Positions 33,242 through 44,354 of a DNA stretch of 64,000 nucleotides are shown here, piece after piece (within the stretch, counting starts at the first letter, position 1; every line of letters starts with the position of its first letter). The position numbers were made by a program, and so were the translations under genes. Origin of the DNA: Escherichia coli (lineage in GTDB: Bacteria; Pseudomonadota; Gammaproteobacteria; Enterobacterales; Enterobacteriaceae). The notes under the pieces are model-generated. The model was not told the origin of the DNA. It made no database searches and saw only the letters and a list, made by a program, of their open reading frames with translations. Location of the stretch: the NCBI RefSeq assembly GCF_016026235.1, contig NZ_CP065613.1; one strand, written 5' to 3'.

Positions 33242-34536
33242 TATCGCTCCTGTTTATGCCCTAACTTCCGTAGCATTTCGCGCGTTACCAGCACGATGCC
33301 TTCTTCTGAACGATAGAAACGACGTGCATCTTCCTCTGCGTTTTCACCAATCACCATGCCTTCCGGAATAACACAAGCACGATCGATGACGCAGCGGCGC
33401 AGACGGCACGAGCGACCTACCCATACTTCCGGTAACAATACGGCGGAATCAATGTTGCAGAATGAATTCACGCGAACGCGCGAGAACAGAACGGACTGCA
33501 CCACCACCGAACCGGAGATCACACAACCGCCGGAAACCAGTGAGTTAAGGGTCATCCCGTGGCTACCGGAGCGATCCTGCACGAATTTCGCTGGCGGTAA
33601 TGATTCATTGTAGGTGCGAATTGGCCAATTGCGATCGTACATATCCAGTTCCGGCACCACAGAGGCCAGATCGAGGTTCGCTTTCCAGTAAGCTTCCAGC
33701 GTACCCACATCGCGCCAGTACGGCTCGGCATCCGGGTCGGATTGTACGCAAGAGAGCGGGAACGGGTGCGCATAGGCCAGACCGGCTTCGGTGATCTTGG
33801 GAATCAAATCTTTGCCAAAGTCGTGGCTGGAGTTCTCATCGCGATCGTCTTCTTCCAGCAGTTCATACAGATAGTCGGCGTCAAAGACGTAGATACCCAT
33901 ACTCGCCAGAGATTTGCTCGGATCGTTCGGCATTGACGGCGGGTTAGCAGGTTTTTCAACGAATTCGATAATTTTATCGTTCTCATCAACCGCCATAACG
34001 CCAAATGCGGAGGCTTCTTCAATCGGTACTGGCATACAAGCAACGGTGCAACGTGCGCCTTTTTCGACGTGATCGATAAGCATACGCGAGTAATCTTGCT
34101 TGTAGATATGGTCGCCCGCCAGGATCACCACGTATTCCGCTTTATAACGGCGGATAATATCGAGGTTTTGGGTGACCGCATCTGCGGTGCCGCGATACCA
34201 GTTTTCCCCTTTCATTCTCTGCTGCGCTGGCAGCAGATCGACAAACTCGTTCATTTCTTCATTAAAGAATGACCAGCCGCGCTGAATGTGCTGCACCAGA
34301 GTGTGGGACTGGTACTGGGTGATCACGCCCATACGACGGATCCCGGAGTTGATGCAGTTAGACAGCGCAAAGTCGATAATGCGGAACTTACCGCCGAAGT
34401 GTACGGCCGGTTTTGCTCGCTTATTGGTTAAATCCTTCAGGCGGGTACCACGTCCTCCCGCCAGTATCAGGGCAACAGATTTCAATGGCAGCTGGCGCGC
34501 CAACATTAAGTGATCGTTCTTCTCTAAACTAACCAT
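33241..34536 (-). CDS. glgC: Glucose-1-phosphate adenylyltransferase
   Basis: ORF 33241..34572; start at [17 protein letters not shown] giving 431 aa; GGRGTRL motif; stop overlaps the glgA start. Confidence 0.95.
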
Positions 34537-34553
34537 GACTAACTCCTTTTTTA

Positions 34554-36527
34554 TCATCTCTGGAACACACACAATCCGTGTGCAGGTCCCTGCCAGACAG
34601 CCGTAATCACTGGGTTATCCTCTCCAGCGAATGGGGGAATGGCGTGCCACTCCCCAGCAGGTAAAACAATCTCTGTTACCTCAAGCGTGGCGTTAATTGC
34701 GATCAAAAAGCGATCCGAGAGCAGAATTTGCAGCTGTTTCGGCCCGTTTTGCCACTCATCCGTGCTTAAAGGTTGAGCATATCGATTTAGCCAACGGACA
34801 TTGCCGTCGCCTTCTTCCCACCAGCGATTCTCCACCAAAGCGGGAATACGCTTGCGCAGATGGATTAACGCGGCGGTAAATGCGGTTAAACCACTGCTTG
34901 CCTGCGACCAGTCCAACCAGGTTAATTGGTTATCCTGACAGTAGGCATTGTTATTGCCATGCTGGCTGTGACCATGTTCGTCACCGGCCAGTAACATCGG
35001 CGTGCCCTGGGAGAGCAACAACGTTGTTAACAGGGCATGAATGCTGTCGCGCCGCCGTTCAACCAGATCAAGAGTACCGCCTAACCCTTCTTTACCATGA
35101 TTGTTACTGTAATTGTTGTTGGTCCCGTCGCGATTTTCTTCTCCGTTTGCTTCATTGTGTTTATGGTTGAAGCAAACGCAGTCGCGAAGCGTAAAACCGT
35201 CATGTGCGGTGACGAGATTAATCGCGGCACTCGGCAGACGACCATTACGTTTAAAAACATCGCTGGAGGCAGCAAAACGCCCGGCAAACGCCCCCAGAGG
35301 CAAATCATAATGCAGCCAGAAACGACGGGCAGCATCGCGGAAATGATCGTTCCACTCGGCAAACAGCGGCGGGAAATTTCCCACCTGATAACCACCAGGA
35401 GCGATATCCCACGGTTCAGCAATTAACTTCACCTGCGAGAGCACCGGGCAGTTCTGGATAGCGGTAAACAACGGCGCATCCTGACGGAACTCTGGCGTAC
35501 GGCCCATGACTGCCGCCAGATCAAAGCGGAAACCATCGACGTGGCAGGTTTCTACCCAATAACGCAGGCAGGCGCTGGCATAATCCACCACCGCCGGATG
35601 ACTCAAATTGAGCGTGTTGCCACAACCGGTCCAGTTGTGATAATCGCCGTCTTCTCTTATCCAATAATAGCTACGGTTGTCGATCCCACGCAGCGAGAAT
35701 AACGGGCCGTCGAGGTCCAGTTCCGCACTATGGTTGAGCACGATATCAAGAATGACTTCGATACCCGCTTTATGCAGTGCTTTGATTGCATCGCGAAACT
35801 CATCCAGCGCCGTTTCTGGCGAGCAGGCATACGCCGGATGCAGCGCAAACATCGCCACCGGGTTGTAACCCCAGTAGTTACTTAGTCCCATGCGTTGCAG
35901 ACGTGGTTCACTGGCAAACTGCGCCACCGGCAGCAGTTCCAGCGCGGTAATGCCCAACTGTTTCAAATAGTTGATCATCACCGGATGCCCGAGGGCTTTA
36001 TAAGTGCCACGGATCTCGACCGGGATTTCCGGGTGCAGGTACGTTAATCCTTTGACATGGGCTTCATAAATGATGGTGCTGCCCCACGGCGTGCGCGGCG
36101 GGGCATCATCTTCCCAGTCATAGTGATCAACCACCACTACGCATTTCGGCGCAATGGCGGCGTTGTCGCGATAGTCAGGTTCATTATGACCGGCGTGCAG
36201 CAGCGGGTTATCTTTAAACTCCCCGTCAATTTGCCGCGCGCAAGGATCAATCAACAACTTCGCCGGGTTAAAGCGATGCCCCTCGGCGGGTTGCCAGGGG
36301 CCATGAACTCGATAACCATAACACAAACCCGGGCGCGCATCCGGCAGATAACCATGCCAAATGTCGCCACTGTGCCCTGGCAAGTCATAGCGATGTTCCT
36401 GGCCATTAGCGTCAAAGACACACAGCTCTACCCGCTCGGCATGAGCGGAGAAAAGTGTGAAGTTGACGCCCTGACCGTCGTAATGCGCGCCGAGGGGAGA
36501 GGGTTTGCCAATGGCGAGTTGTGTCAT
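34554..36527 (-). CDS. glgX: Glycogen debranching enzyme GlgX
   Basis: 657 aa GH13 isoamylase-type enzyme. Confidence 0.95.
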
Positions 36528-38710
36528 TCTGCCTCCCGAACCAGCCAGATAGTGGCCAGCGGTGGTAGCGTCAGGCTTAGTGAATGCTGACGACCGTGGC
36601 TGGCAATCTCATCGCTGTGTACCGTGCCGCCATTGCCTGCATTACTGCCGTGATAGTGCATGGAATCGGTATTGAGGATCTCACGCCATTTGCCTGGCTG
36701 ATTAATGCCGAAGCGATAATCATGACGCGGCACCGGCGTAAAGTTACTGGCAACGATGATTTCGTTACCCTCTTTATCGCGACGCACAAAGATCAGCACC
36801 GAGCGTTCTTTGTCATCCACCACCAGCCATTCAAAGCCGTACGGGTCAAAATCCAGTTCATGCATCGCTTTATGGTGGCGGTAGGTGAGGTTCAGATCGC
36901 GCACCAGACGCTGGACACCGTGGTGCCAGTTATCGCCGCCTTCCAACAGATGCCAGTCGAGGCTGGCGTCATGGTTCCACTCGCGGCCCTGGGCAAATTC
37001 GTTCCCCATGAACAGCAGTTTCTTGCCCGGAAATGCCCACATCCAGCCATAGTAAGCGCGCAGGTTAGCGAATTTCTGCCATGCGTCGCCCAGCATGCGG
37101 TCGAGAATCGATTTTTTACCGTGGACCACTTCATCATGCGACAACGGCAGGACGAAGTTTTCAGTGTAGTTGTAGAGCATCCCGAAGGTCAGTTTATCGT
37201 GATGATACTGACGATAAATCGGGTCGAGCTTCATGTAGTCCAGGGTGTCATGCATCCAGCCGAGGTTCCACTTGTACCAGAAGCCCAGACCGCCCATATC
37301 CTGCGGACGAGAAACGCCAGGGAAATCGGTAGACTCCTCAGCCATTGTCACCGCACCGGAAACCTGCTCACCAAGAATACGGTTGGTATTACGCAAGAAT
37401 TCAATCGCTTCAAGATTCTCGCGCCCGCCAAATTCATTCGGGATCCACTCCCCCTCTTTACGGCTGTAGTCACGATAAATCATCGACGCCACCGCATCGA
37501 CGCGCAGCGCATCAATACCAAAACGTTCAATCCAGTAAAGCGCGTTACCGACGAGGAAGTTACTGACTTCACGGCGACCATAGTTGTAAATCAGCGTGTT
37601 CCAGTCCTGATGATAGCCTTCGCGCGGATCGCTGTGTTCATACAAGTTCGTACCATCAAATTCGGCAAGCGCAAAGTCATCAGTCGGGAAGTGGCCTGGC
37701 ACCCAGTCGAGAATCACGTTCAGACCAGCTGCGTGTGCAGCATCAATGAAATAACGGAAGTCGTCGCGAGTACCAAAACGGCGGGTTGGTGCATACAGGC
37801 CGGTTGGCTGATAACCCCAACTGCCATCGAAGGGATGCTCGTTAATGGGCAGTAGTTCGAGGTGGGTAAAGCCCATCCATTTAGCATAAGGCACCAGTTG
37901 ATCGGCCAGCTCGCGGTAGCTCAACCAGAAATTGTTGTCGGTGTGGCGACGCCAGGAGCCCAGATGAACTTCATAAATAGAGATTGGCGCATCAAACTGA
38001 TTTGCTTTTTTGCGCTCTTCAGTCTGTACAACCTTTTCCGGCAGCCCGCAAATAAGAGACGCGGTTTCCGGGCGCATTTGCGCTTCGAAGGCATAAGGGT
38101 CGGACTTCAGACGCAAGTTGCCATTGGCATCAATCATCTCGTATTTATAGAGCTGACCGTTATGCGCCCCAGGGATAAACAGTTCCCAGATGCCGCTCTC
38201 TTTACGCAGGCGCATCGGGTGACGGCGACCGTCCCAGTAGTTGAATTGCCCAACCACCGAGACCCGACGGGCGTTTGGAGCCCAGACAGAGAAACGCGTA
38301 CCTGTGACGCCATCCATAGTATCTGCATGCGCGCCTAAGGTTTCATACGGGCGCAGGTGAGTACCTTCAGATAATAGCCAGGCATCCATTTCCTGGATTA
38401 GCGGACCAAAACGGTAAGGATCATCAATCAGGTTTTGCTGACCATGCCAGACAACAGCCAACTGATAGCGGAAAAAATTCTTACGTCGCGGAATGACGCC
38501 ACTAAAGAATCCCCGTGAGTCGAGACACTCCAGTTTTGCGAGTTTGCGCCCGGTTTTCGGTTCAATCACCCACACATCGGTAGCGTCGGGTAAAAGGGCA
38601 CGGACTTCCAGTCCCGCGGTGGTTTTATGCATTCCCAGTACGGAAAAAGGATCCGCAAAATGGCCTGCAATTAGCGCGTTAATCACGTCTCTATCGATAC
38701 GATCGGACAT
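36524..38710 (-). CDS. glgB: 1,4-alpha-glucan branching enzyme
   Basis: 728 aa GH13; 4-nt overlap with glgX. Confidence 0.95.
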   Translation of the reverse strand: MSDRIDRDVINALIAGHFADPFSVLGMHKTTAGLEVRALLPDATDVWVIEPKTGRKLAKLECLDSRGFFSGVIPRRKNFFRYQLAVVWHGQQNLIDDPYRFGPLIQEMDAWLLSEGTHLRPYETLGAHADTMDGVTGTRFSVWAPNARRVSVVGQFNYWDGRRHPMRLRKESGIWELFIPGAHNGQLYKYEMIDANGNLRLKSDPYAFEAQMRPETASLICGLPEKVVQTEERKKANQFDAPISIYEVHLGSWRRHTDNNFWLSYRELADQLVPYAKWMGFTHLELLPINEHPFDGSWGYQPTGLYAPTRRFGTRDDFRYFIDAAHAAGLNVILDWVPGHFPTDDFALAEFDGTNLYEHSDPREGYHQDWNTLIYNYGRREVSNFLVGNALYWIERFGIDALRVDAVASMIYRDYSRKEGEWIPNEFGGRENLEAIEFLRNTNRILGEQVSGAVTMAEESTDFPGVSRPQDMGGLGFWYKWNLGWMHDTLDYMKLDPIYRQYHHDKLTFGMLYNYTENFVLPLSHDEVVHGKKSILDRMLGDAWQKFANLRAYYGWMWAFPGKKLLFMGNEFAQGREWNHDASLDWHLLEGGDNWHHGVQRLVRDLNLTYRHHKAMHELDFDPYGFEWLVVDDKERSVLIFVRRDKEGNEIIVASNFTPVPRHDYRFGINQPGKWREILNTDSMHYHGSNAGNGGTVHSDEIASHGRQHSLSLTLPPLATIWLVREAE

Positions 38711-38982
38711 GCTTGTCTTCCTGTTTTATTGTGTCACCCCATCCAATTGGATTTTTGACTTCTGGTTGTGACATTTTTTTGACCTGAACGGCGCAGCACT
38801 CTGTGCATCCTCTCTGCGTCGTCCTCACTTCAGGTAAGGCTGTGAATACTCATGTATTCCGCCACCCTTAAAGAATAGCCAATGCTCTATTTAACTCCCG
38901 GTAAATCATGAAACATCTGCGCTTACTCCTGTATTACGCACTAACAGGGGCGGCATCGCGCCCCAGATTTAATGAATAAAGA

Positions 38983-40086
38983 TTACGCCAGTTGACGAAG
39001 CATCCGACGCAGCGGCTCCGCGGCCCCCCACAGCAGCTGGTCGCCCACGGTAAAGGCTGACAGGAACTCTGGTCCCATATTCAGCTTACGCAGGCGGCCT
39101 ACCGGCGTGGTCAGCGTGCCGGTAACGGCAGCTGGGGTTAGCTCACGCATAGTGATTTCCCGATCGTTCGGAACGACTTTCGCCCACGGATTGTGCGCAG
39201 CCAGCAGTTCTTCCACGGTCGGAATCGATACATCTTTTTTCAATTTAATAGTGAATGCCTGGCTGTGGCAGCGCAATGCCCCGACACGCACACATAAACC
39301 ATCTACCGGAATTACGGAAGATGTGTTGAGGATCTTGTTGGTTTCCGCCTGCCCTTTCCACTCTTCGCGGCTCTGACCGTTATCGAGCTGTTTGTCGATC
39401 CACGGAATCAGGCTACCCGCCAGCGGCACGCCAAAGTTATCCACCGGCAGCTCACCGCTACGGGTTAAGGTTGTGACTTTGCGTTCGATATCGAGAATAG
39501 CAGAGGACGGGGTCGCGAGTTCATCTGCTACATGGCCATACAGATGGCCCATCTGGGTTAATAACTCACGCATATGTCGCGCACCACCGCCGGAAGCGGC
39601 CTGGTAGGTTGCAACGGACACCCAATCAACAAGATCATTGGCGAATAAACCACCCAACGACATCAACATCAGGCTTACGGTACAGTTACCGCCAACAAAA
39701 GTCCTGATGCCATTATTTAATCCGTCGGTAATGACGTCCTGATTGACGGGGTCAAGAATGATGATGGCGTCATCTTTCATGCGCAGAGAAGATGCTGCGT
39801 CAATCCAGTAACCCTGCCATCCGCTTTCACGAAGCTTTGGATAGATTTCGTTGGTATAATCGCCGCCCTGACAGGTCACAATGATATCGAGGGCCTTTAG
39901 CGCCTCCAGATCAAAGGCATCCTGAAGTGTGCCAGTGGTTCCGCCAAAAGACGGCGCAGCCTGACCAAGCTGAGAAGTAGAAAAAAAGACAGGGCGAATG
40001 GCGTCGAAGTCGCGCTCTTCAACCATGCGTTGCATGAGAACGGAGCCGACCATACCGCGCCAGCCGATAAAACCAACATTTTTCAT
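38983..40086 (-). CDS. asd: Aspartate-semialdehyde dehydrogenase
   Basis: ORF 38983..40146; start at [14 protein letters not shown] giving 367 aa. Confidence 0.95.
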
Positions 40087-40277
40087 AAGCGTTTTTTCCT
40101 GCAAAGATGTGTGCTGTATAAATGTGCCGGTCTCCTCTTGGCACATCTTTCACCATACAAAAAGCAGCCAAAGTCGCAAGTGAAATTAATCAATGATAGC
40201 GAAGCCATCAGTAATGCGACTTATCCTGCTTTGTTAGCACGCAGAAAGTCCGCGGCAATTATCAGGGAATTTGAGTT

Positions 40278-40871
40278 ATGAATGAAATCATTTCTGCAGC
40301 AGTTTTATTGATCCTGATTATGGATCCGCTCGGAAACCTACCTATTTTCATGTCCGTACTGAAACATACTGAACCGAAAAGACGGCGGGCAATCATGGTG
40401 CGAGAGTTGCTTATTGCTCTCCTGGTGATGCTGGTGTTCCTGTTTGCGGGTGAGAAAATTCTGGCATTTCTCAGCCTACGAGCAGAAACCGTCTCCATTT
40501 CTGGCGGCATCATTCTGTTTCTAATTGCCATTAAGATGATTTTCCCCAGCGCTTCAGGAAATAGCAGCGGGCTTCCGGCAGGTGAAGAGCCATTTATCGT
40601 GCCGCTGGCAATTCCGCTGGTCGCCGGGCCAACTATTCTCGCCACGCTGATGTTGTTGTCTCATCAGTACCCGAATCAGATGGGACATCTGGTGATTGCT
40701 CTGCTGCTGGCCTGGGGCGGCACCTTTATCATCCTGCTACAGTCTTCGCTATTTTTACGTCTGCTGGGCGAGAAAGGGGTGAACGCACTTGAACGCCTGA
40801 TGGGATTGATTCTGGTGATGATGGCAACCCAGATGTTCCTCGACGGCATTCGAATGTGGATGAAGGGGTAA
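40278..40871 (+). CDS. yhgN: MarC-family inner membrane protein YhgN
   Basis: 197-aa polytopic membrane protein; synteny. Confidence 0.9.
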   Translation: MNEIISAAVLLILIMDPLGNLPIFMSVLKHTEPKRRRAIMVRELLIALLVMLVFLFAGEKILAFLSLRAETVSISGGIILFLIAIKMIFPSASGNSSGLPAGEEPFIVPLAIPLVAGPTILATLMLLSHQYPNQMGHLVIALLLAWGGTFIILLQSSLFLRLLGEKGVNALERLMGLILVMMATQMFLDGIRMWMKG

Positions 40872-40879
40872 GGTTCAAA

Positions 40880-40915
40880 CAGGTGCTGCACACAACCAGA
40901 CGCGGCACCTGTTTT
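40880..40915. terminator. Bidirectional Rho-independent terminator between yhgN and the DprA-like gene
   Basis: CAGGTGC...GCACCTG stem followed by TTTT on the plus strand; reverse complement gives a stem plus TTTG. Confidence 0.55.
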
Positions 40916-40916
40916 A

Positions 40917-42119
40917 TTACCTGAACTGATAATGACCTTCGCCCAATCGGATAACCCTTCCCTCTTCTTCTGCGCGGTTCAGCCACACACTAATTTGTTC
41001 GATGGTTAAACCAGTACAAGACGCCAGCCTTTCAATACTTATCGATTCCTTTGCAAGGATCGCCAGTTCCGCCACAAAGAGTTGATAAAAATCGACAGGC
41101 GTATACGCGGGCATTACTGCGTAATTTGCGTCATCTTCATGCAGCGAAAACAGTTCTGGTTGAGCGTTACGGAGTGCTCTGTCATACATCAGCCCAGGAA
41201 CGTCTGGCAGTCTGATCGTCACATTCTCAGCCTGTTCAGCACTCCATGACGCCCCATTTTCTACTAATCGTGAATTGGCTGATTGCATATCCTGATTTGG
41301 TTTAACCTGCACAGGCAGCCACTGATGTTTTAATGCCTCCATCGCCCCGGTTATCGTTCCACCGGTCATTCCCGCACGTACAACCATTGCGCTTTCAGCA
41401 AGGCAATAAATATATTTATTTCGCGCCATCGCATTGCCGACGGTGAAACGTACCTCTGGGTAAAACGGCGAAATCAACACCAGGTTGCCTGCTATAAGCC
41501 CTTCACGCCATTTCACTAACGTACTCGTTTTTAACAAGCTATCAGCTAATACGCCAACGGCTGTTCCCCCGGTCTCCAGTGCCGACGCCATTGCACATTC
41601 ATCAATACCTCGCGCACCACCAGAGATAACGCAAATCCCCTGTTGGGCCAGTTTCGCGGCCAGTTGTTGGGTATAGCGCAAATCGTCAGTCGGAGCATCT
41701 CGCGAGCCAACAATCGCCATACCTTCCGCTTGCAGTAATGCTTTATTCCCGCAGCCAAATAAAACGGGAGGTGCATCCGTTCGCAATCGGTTTTTCAAGC
41801 GAACGGGATAATCAGCATCTCCGCGGGTTAAGATCCATAAACCGGCGCGTTGCCACTTATCTACCGCCAACGCCAGACTATGACCACGCGCCAGCAAGCC
41901 AAGAATACGCTCCTGAGAAATACGCGGATCGCTCCAGCCTGTAAGTTTCTCTTGCGGTTGCGGCACCAGAAGCTCGGCGGGACTGATACGTTGGTGCTTC
42001 AGCCATAATGCAAACTTCCCCCATTCACTATTACTAAGAGGTTTATACTCACTCGCCGCCGCGCGAGAAAAATCGCTGGTTAGCAGGAGAGTTGCTTGTG
42101 CATTGGCTGAAAGATTCAT
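40917..42119 (-). CDS. DprA/Smf-like (SLOG-fold) protein with C-terminal winged-helix-like tail; 2nd gene of the helicase island
   Basis: ORF 40917..42212; start placed at MNLSANAQ (42119), whose ATG overlaps the upstream stop (TGATG); DprA-type motifs GSRDAPTDDLRY and ISGGARGIDE. Confidence 0.7.
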   Translation of the reverse strand: MNLSANAQATLLLTSDFSRAAASEYKPLSNSEWGKFALWLKHQRISPAELLVPQPQEKLTGWSDPRISQERILGLLARGHSLALAVDKWQRAGLWILTRGDADYPVRLKNRLRTDAPPVLFGCGNKALLQAEGMAIVGSRDAPTDDLRYTQQLAAKLAQQGICVISGGARGIDECAMASALETGGTAVGVLADSLLKTSTLVKWREGLIAGNLVLISPFYPEVRFTVGNAMARNKYIYCLAESAMVVRAGMTGGTITGAMEALKHQWLPVQVKPNQDMQSANSRLVENGASWSAEQAENVTIRLPDVPGLMYDRALRNAQPELFSLHEDDANYAVMPAYTPVDFYQLFVAELAILAKESISIERLASCTGLTIEQISVWLNRAEEEGRVIRLGEGHYQFR

Positions 42120-44215
42120 CAATTTTTTACCGAGGTAGAAGCAAGGGCAAGAGGATAAACCGTCGGGCAACCTGCCTGGCGTAACAGTGCTGTCAGAACT
42201 GTCAGCGTCCATGCAGAATCCACGATATCGTCAACCAGCAACGCCGGACCAGGCATCAAAGGAGGGGTAATCACAAACGCCCCATCGAGATTTTGACACT
42301 GGTGGAAACGGTTTTGCTGCATTTTCTGCGGTGGATTGTCCACGACTTTTTCAATGGCATCAATAAAAGGTAAGCCAAGTTTCGCCGCCAGTCGCCGGGC
42401 AAAATCAGGAACCAGGTCGAGGTGCTTTAATGAAGGAACGCAGCATACCCAGGTTGGTTCAGGATGCGGATTCCAGCGTTGGCGAACCATTTCCGCACAT
42501 GCCTCCACCAGTTCATCACTGAATCGCCCCGTTTTTTTCTCCTGTGCTACCTGCTTTCCCCACCCGGAATCTCCCCAACGAGAAAGGATTCGCCCCGTAG
42601 ATCCTTGTAAACTCGCAGGCAAGTTCCCTTTAAATCCGTATTGCGTAAAAGCCCCAGCTGCCACCTGTTTATTGAGATTTAATGGCAGGTCAGCGTGTTT
42701 AATAAATAAGTTTGCCGCATGGAGTAAGCCGCTATCAATGTCGGGCGACAACAACGGATACTGAAGACAACTGCTACATTTACCACAATGTTCGGCACCT
42801 GGCTCATCGAGTGCGCGGCGCAGAAATTGCATTTTGCACTCCTTGGTCGTGATATAGCTTTCAACGTCTGCCAGCTCACTTTTTCTCTGATTCATCAAAT
42901 GGTTAATTCGTTCATGGTCAGGAGAAAAACTGACAATTGTTCTGCGCCATAATTTCTCGGTATACACCACAGGCGATGGATTTTCAGCTACCAATAATTT
43001 CAGTGCTTTTTCTATTTGCCCGTAACGGAGATTCGTCCGTTGTTCAATGCCTCGTAAGGTAAGACCGTCATTCACGCTAAGTACGTTGAGTATTTCATGA
43101 ATTTGCGCCTCCGCAGGAAAGGCGCTTTCACGGAAGAATTTATGAATAGCACGGTCTTCACTGCCGCAAAGCAGTATGCCAACAGCAGAATCGATACCGC
43201 GACCGGCACGCCCCACCTGTTGGTAGTAACCAACTATCGAACCTGGCATCTGGTAATGAATAACAAACCCCAAATCCGGTTTGTCAAAGCCCATTCCCAG
43301 CGCAGTTGTCGCAACCAGCACTTTAATTTTATTTGCCAGCAACGCCTGCTCCAGATATTCCCTGGCAGTATTAGAATCTTCCGCGCCTTCACAAGTCACG
43401 CCGCTGTAGTAAGCAAATGCACTGATACCATTTTTCCTTAACCACTCGGCGACAAGTTCGGCATCGCGAGTAGTCAGGGTATAAACAATTCCCGATTTGG
43501 AAAACTGAGGGATAACCGTTGCTAACCATGCCAGACGGGATGACTGTTCACCTAAGACTAAGGCATCAAGCGCCAAACTTTCGCGAGCCAGCGTTCCACG
43601 CTGAATCACAATGTCACCCAATTGCTGACGGATATCCTCAACGACACGGTTATTCGCTGTCGCGGTTGTACCCAGAACAGGGGTATTCGCAGGTAGTTGG
43701 CGCAAAATATCTAATATACGTCGGTAATCCGGGCGAAAATCGTGGCCCCAATCAGAGATGCAGTGCGCCTCGTCGACCACAAGCAAGCCAATACGATCGG
43801 CTATAGGATATAAAACCGTTTCGATAAAGTCCTGGTTTGCCAAACGTTCCGGGGAAACCAGCAAGCAATCGACCTCACCTTGCAGCAACTTATCGCTAAT
43901 GCGCTGCCATTCTTCTCTGTTTGTAGAATTCAACGTTTCAGCCGTAATACCTAACCGTTCAGCGGCGGCAACCTGGTTACGCATCAGGGCAAGCAAAGGA
44001 GAGATGATAATTGTCAGGCCAGCGCCGCGATCGCGGAAGATTTTACTGGCGATGAAGTACACAGCACTTTTCCCCCAGCCAGTGCGTTGGACAACCAGCA
44101 GTTTTCGCCGTTGGTTCACCACCGCGTCTATGGCTTCCCATTGCCCTTCCCTGAAAGTAGCGGTGGTATTTCCTAACATCCGCTGTAAAAGCAATTCAGC
44201 TGCGTGCTTTTCCAT
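42119..44215 (-). CDS. RecQ-family SF2 helicase fused to a C-terminal ComF-type phosphoribosyltransferase-like domain; 1st gene of the helicase island
   Basis: 698 aa; Walker A TGWGKS, DEAH box VVDEAHCISDWGHDFRPDY, motif VI QQVGRAGRG, Cys cluster CGKCSSC, C-terminal PRTase-like LLVDDIVDSAWTL; AGGAG Shine-Dalgarno 5 nt upstream of the ATG. Confidence 0.7.
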   Translation of the reverse strand: MEKHAAELLLQRMLGNTTATFREGQWEAIDAVVNQRRKLLVVQRTGWGKSAVYFIASKIFRDRGAGLTIIISPLLALMRNQVAAAERLGITAETLNSTNREEWQRISDKLLQGEVDCLLVSPERLANQDFIETVLYPIADRIGLLVVDEAHCISDWGHDFRPDYRRILDILRQLPANTPVLGTTATANNRVVEDIRQQLGDIVIQRGTLARESLALDALVLGEQSSRLAWLATVIPQFSKSGIVYTLTTRDAELVAEWLRKNGISAFAYYSGVTCEGAEDSNTAREYLEQALLANKIKVLVATTALGMGFDKPDLGFVIHYQMPGSIVGYYQQVGRAGRGIDSAVGILLCGSEDRAIHKFFRESAFPAEAQIHEILNVLSVNDGLTLRGIEQRTNLRYGQIEKALKLLVAENPSPVVYTEKLWRRTIVSFSPDHERINHLMNQRKSELADVESYITTKECKMQFLRRALDEPGAEHCGKCSSCLQYPLLSPDIDSGLLHAANLFIKHADLPLNLNKQVAAGAFTQYGFKGNLPASLQGSTGRILSRWGDSGWGKQVAQEKKTGRFSDELVEACAEMVRQRWNPHPEPTWVCCVPSLKHLDLVPDFARRLAAKLGLPFIDAIEKVVDNPPQKMQQNRFHQCQNLDGAFVITPPLMPGPALLVDDIVDSAWTLTVLTALLRQAGCPTVYPLALASTSVKN

Positions 44216-44319
44216 CTTTATCTCCTGCGATCTTTAGGCAGTGATTAGAACGGATTATTTGCAGGTAAATTTGCGAGAGAGATCAAAAAGATGAAGAGAG
44301 GAGAAAAGAGAAATGAATT

Positions 44320-44343
44320 ACTGCGAGCAAGCTCGCAGTAATT
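44320..44343 (-). terminator. gntU terminator hairpin (TACTGCGAGC-A-GCTCGCAGTA)
   Basis: Perfect 10-bp inverted repeat immediately downstream of the gntU stop on the minus strand. Confidence 0.55.
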
Positions 44344-44354
44344 TGTCGCAGTAA

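Noticed and set aside
36584-37855. 423-aa plus-strand ORF
   Set aside because: Lies entirely antisense within glgB, which has a clear GH13 protein signature; the translation is low-complexity and Arg/His-rich, typical of a spurious antisense frame.
40917-44215. Helicase island as an integrated prophage or integrative element
   Set aside because: No integrase, tRNA target, or flanking direct repeats were found; the two genes sit cleanly between the yhgN and gntU terminators.
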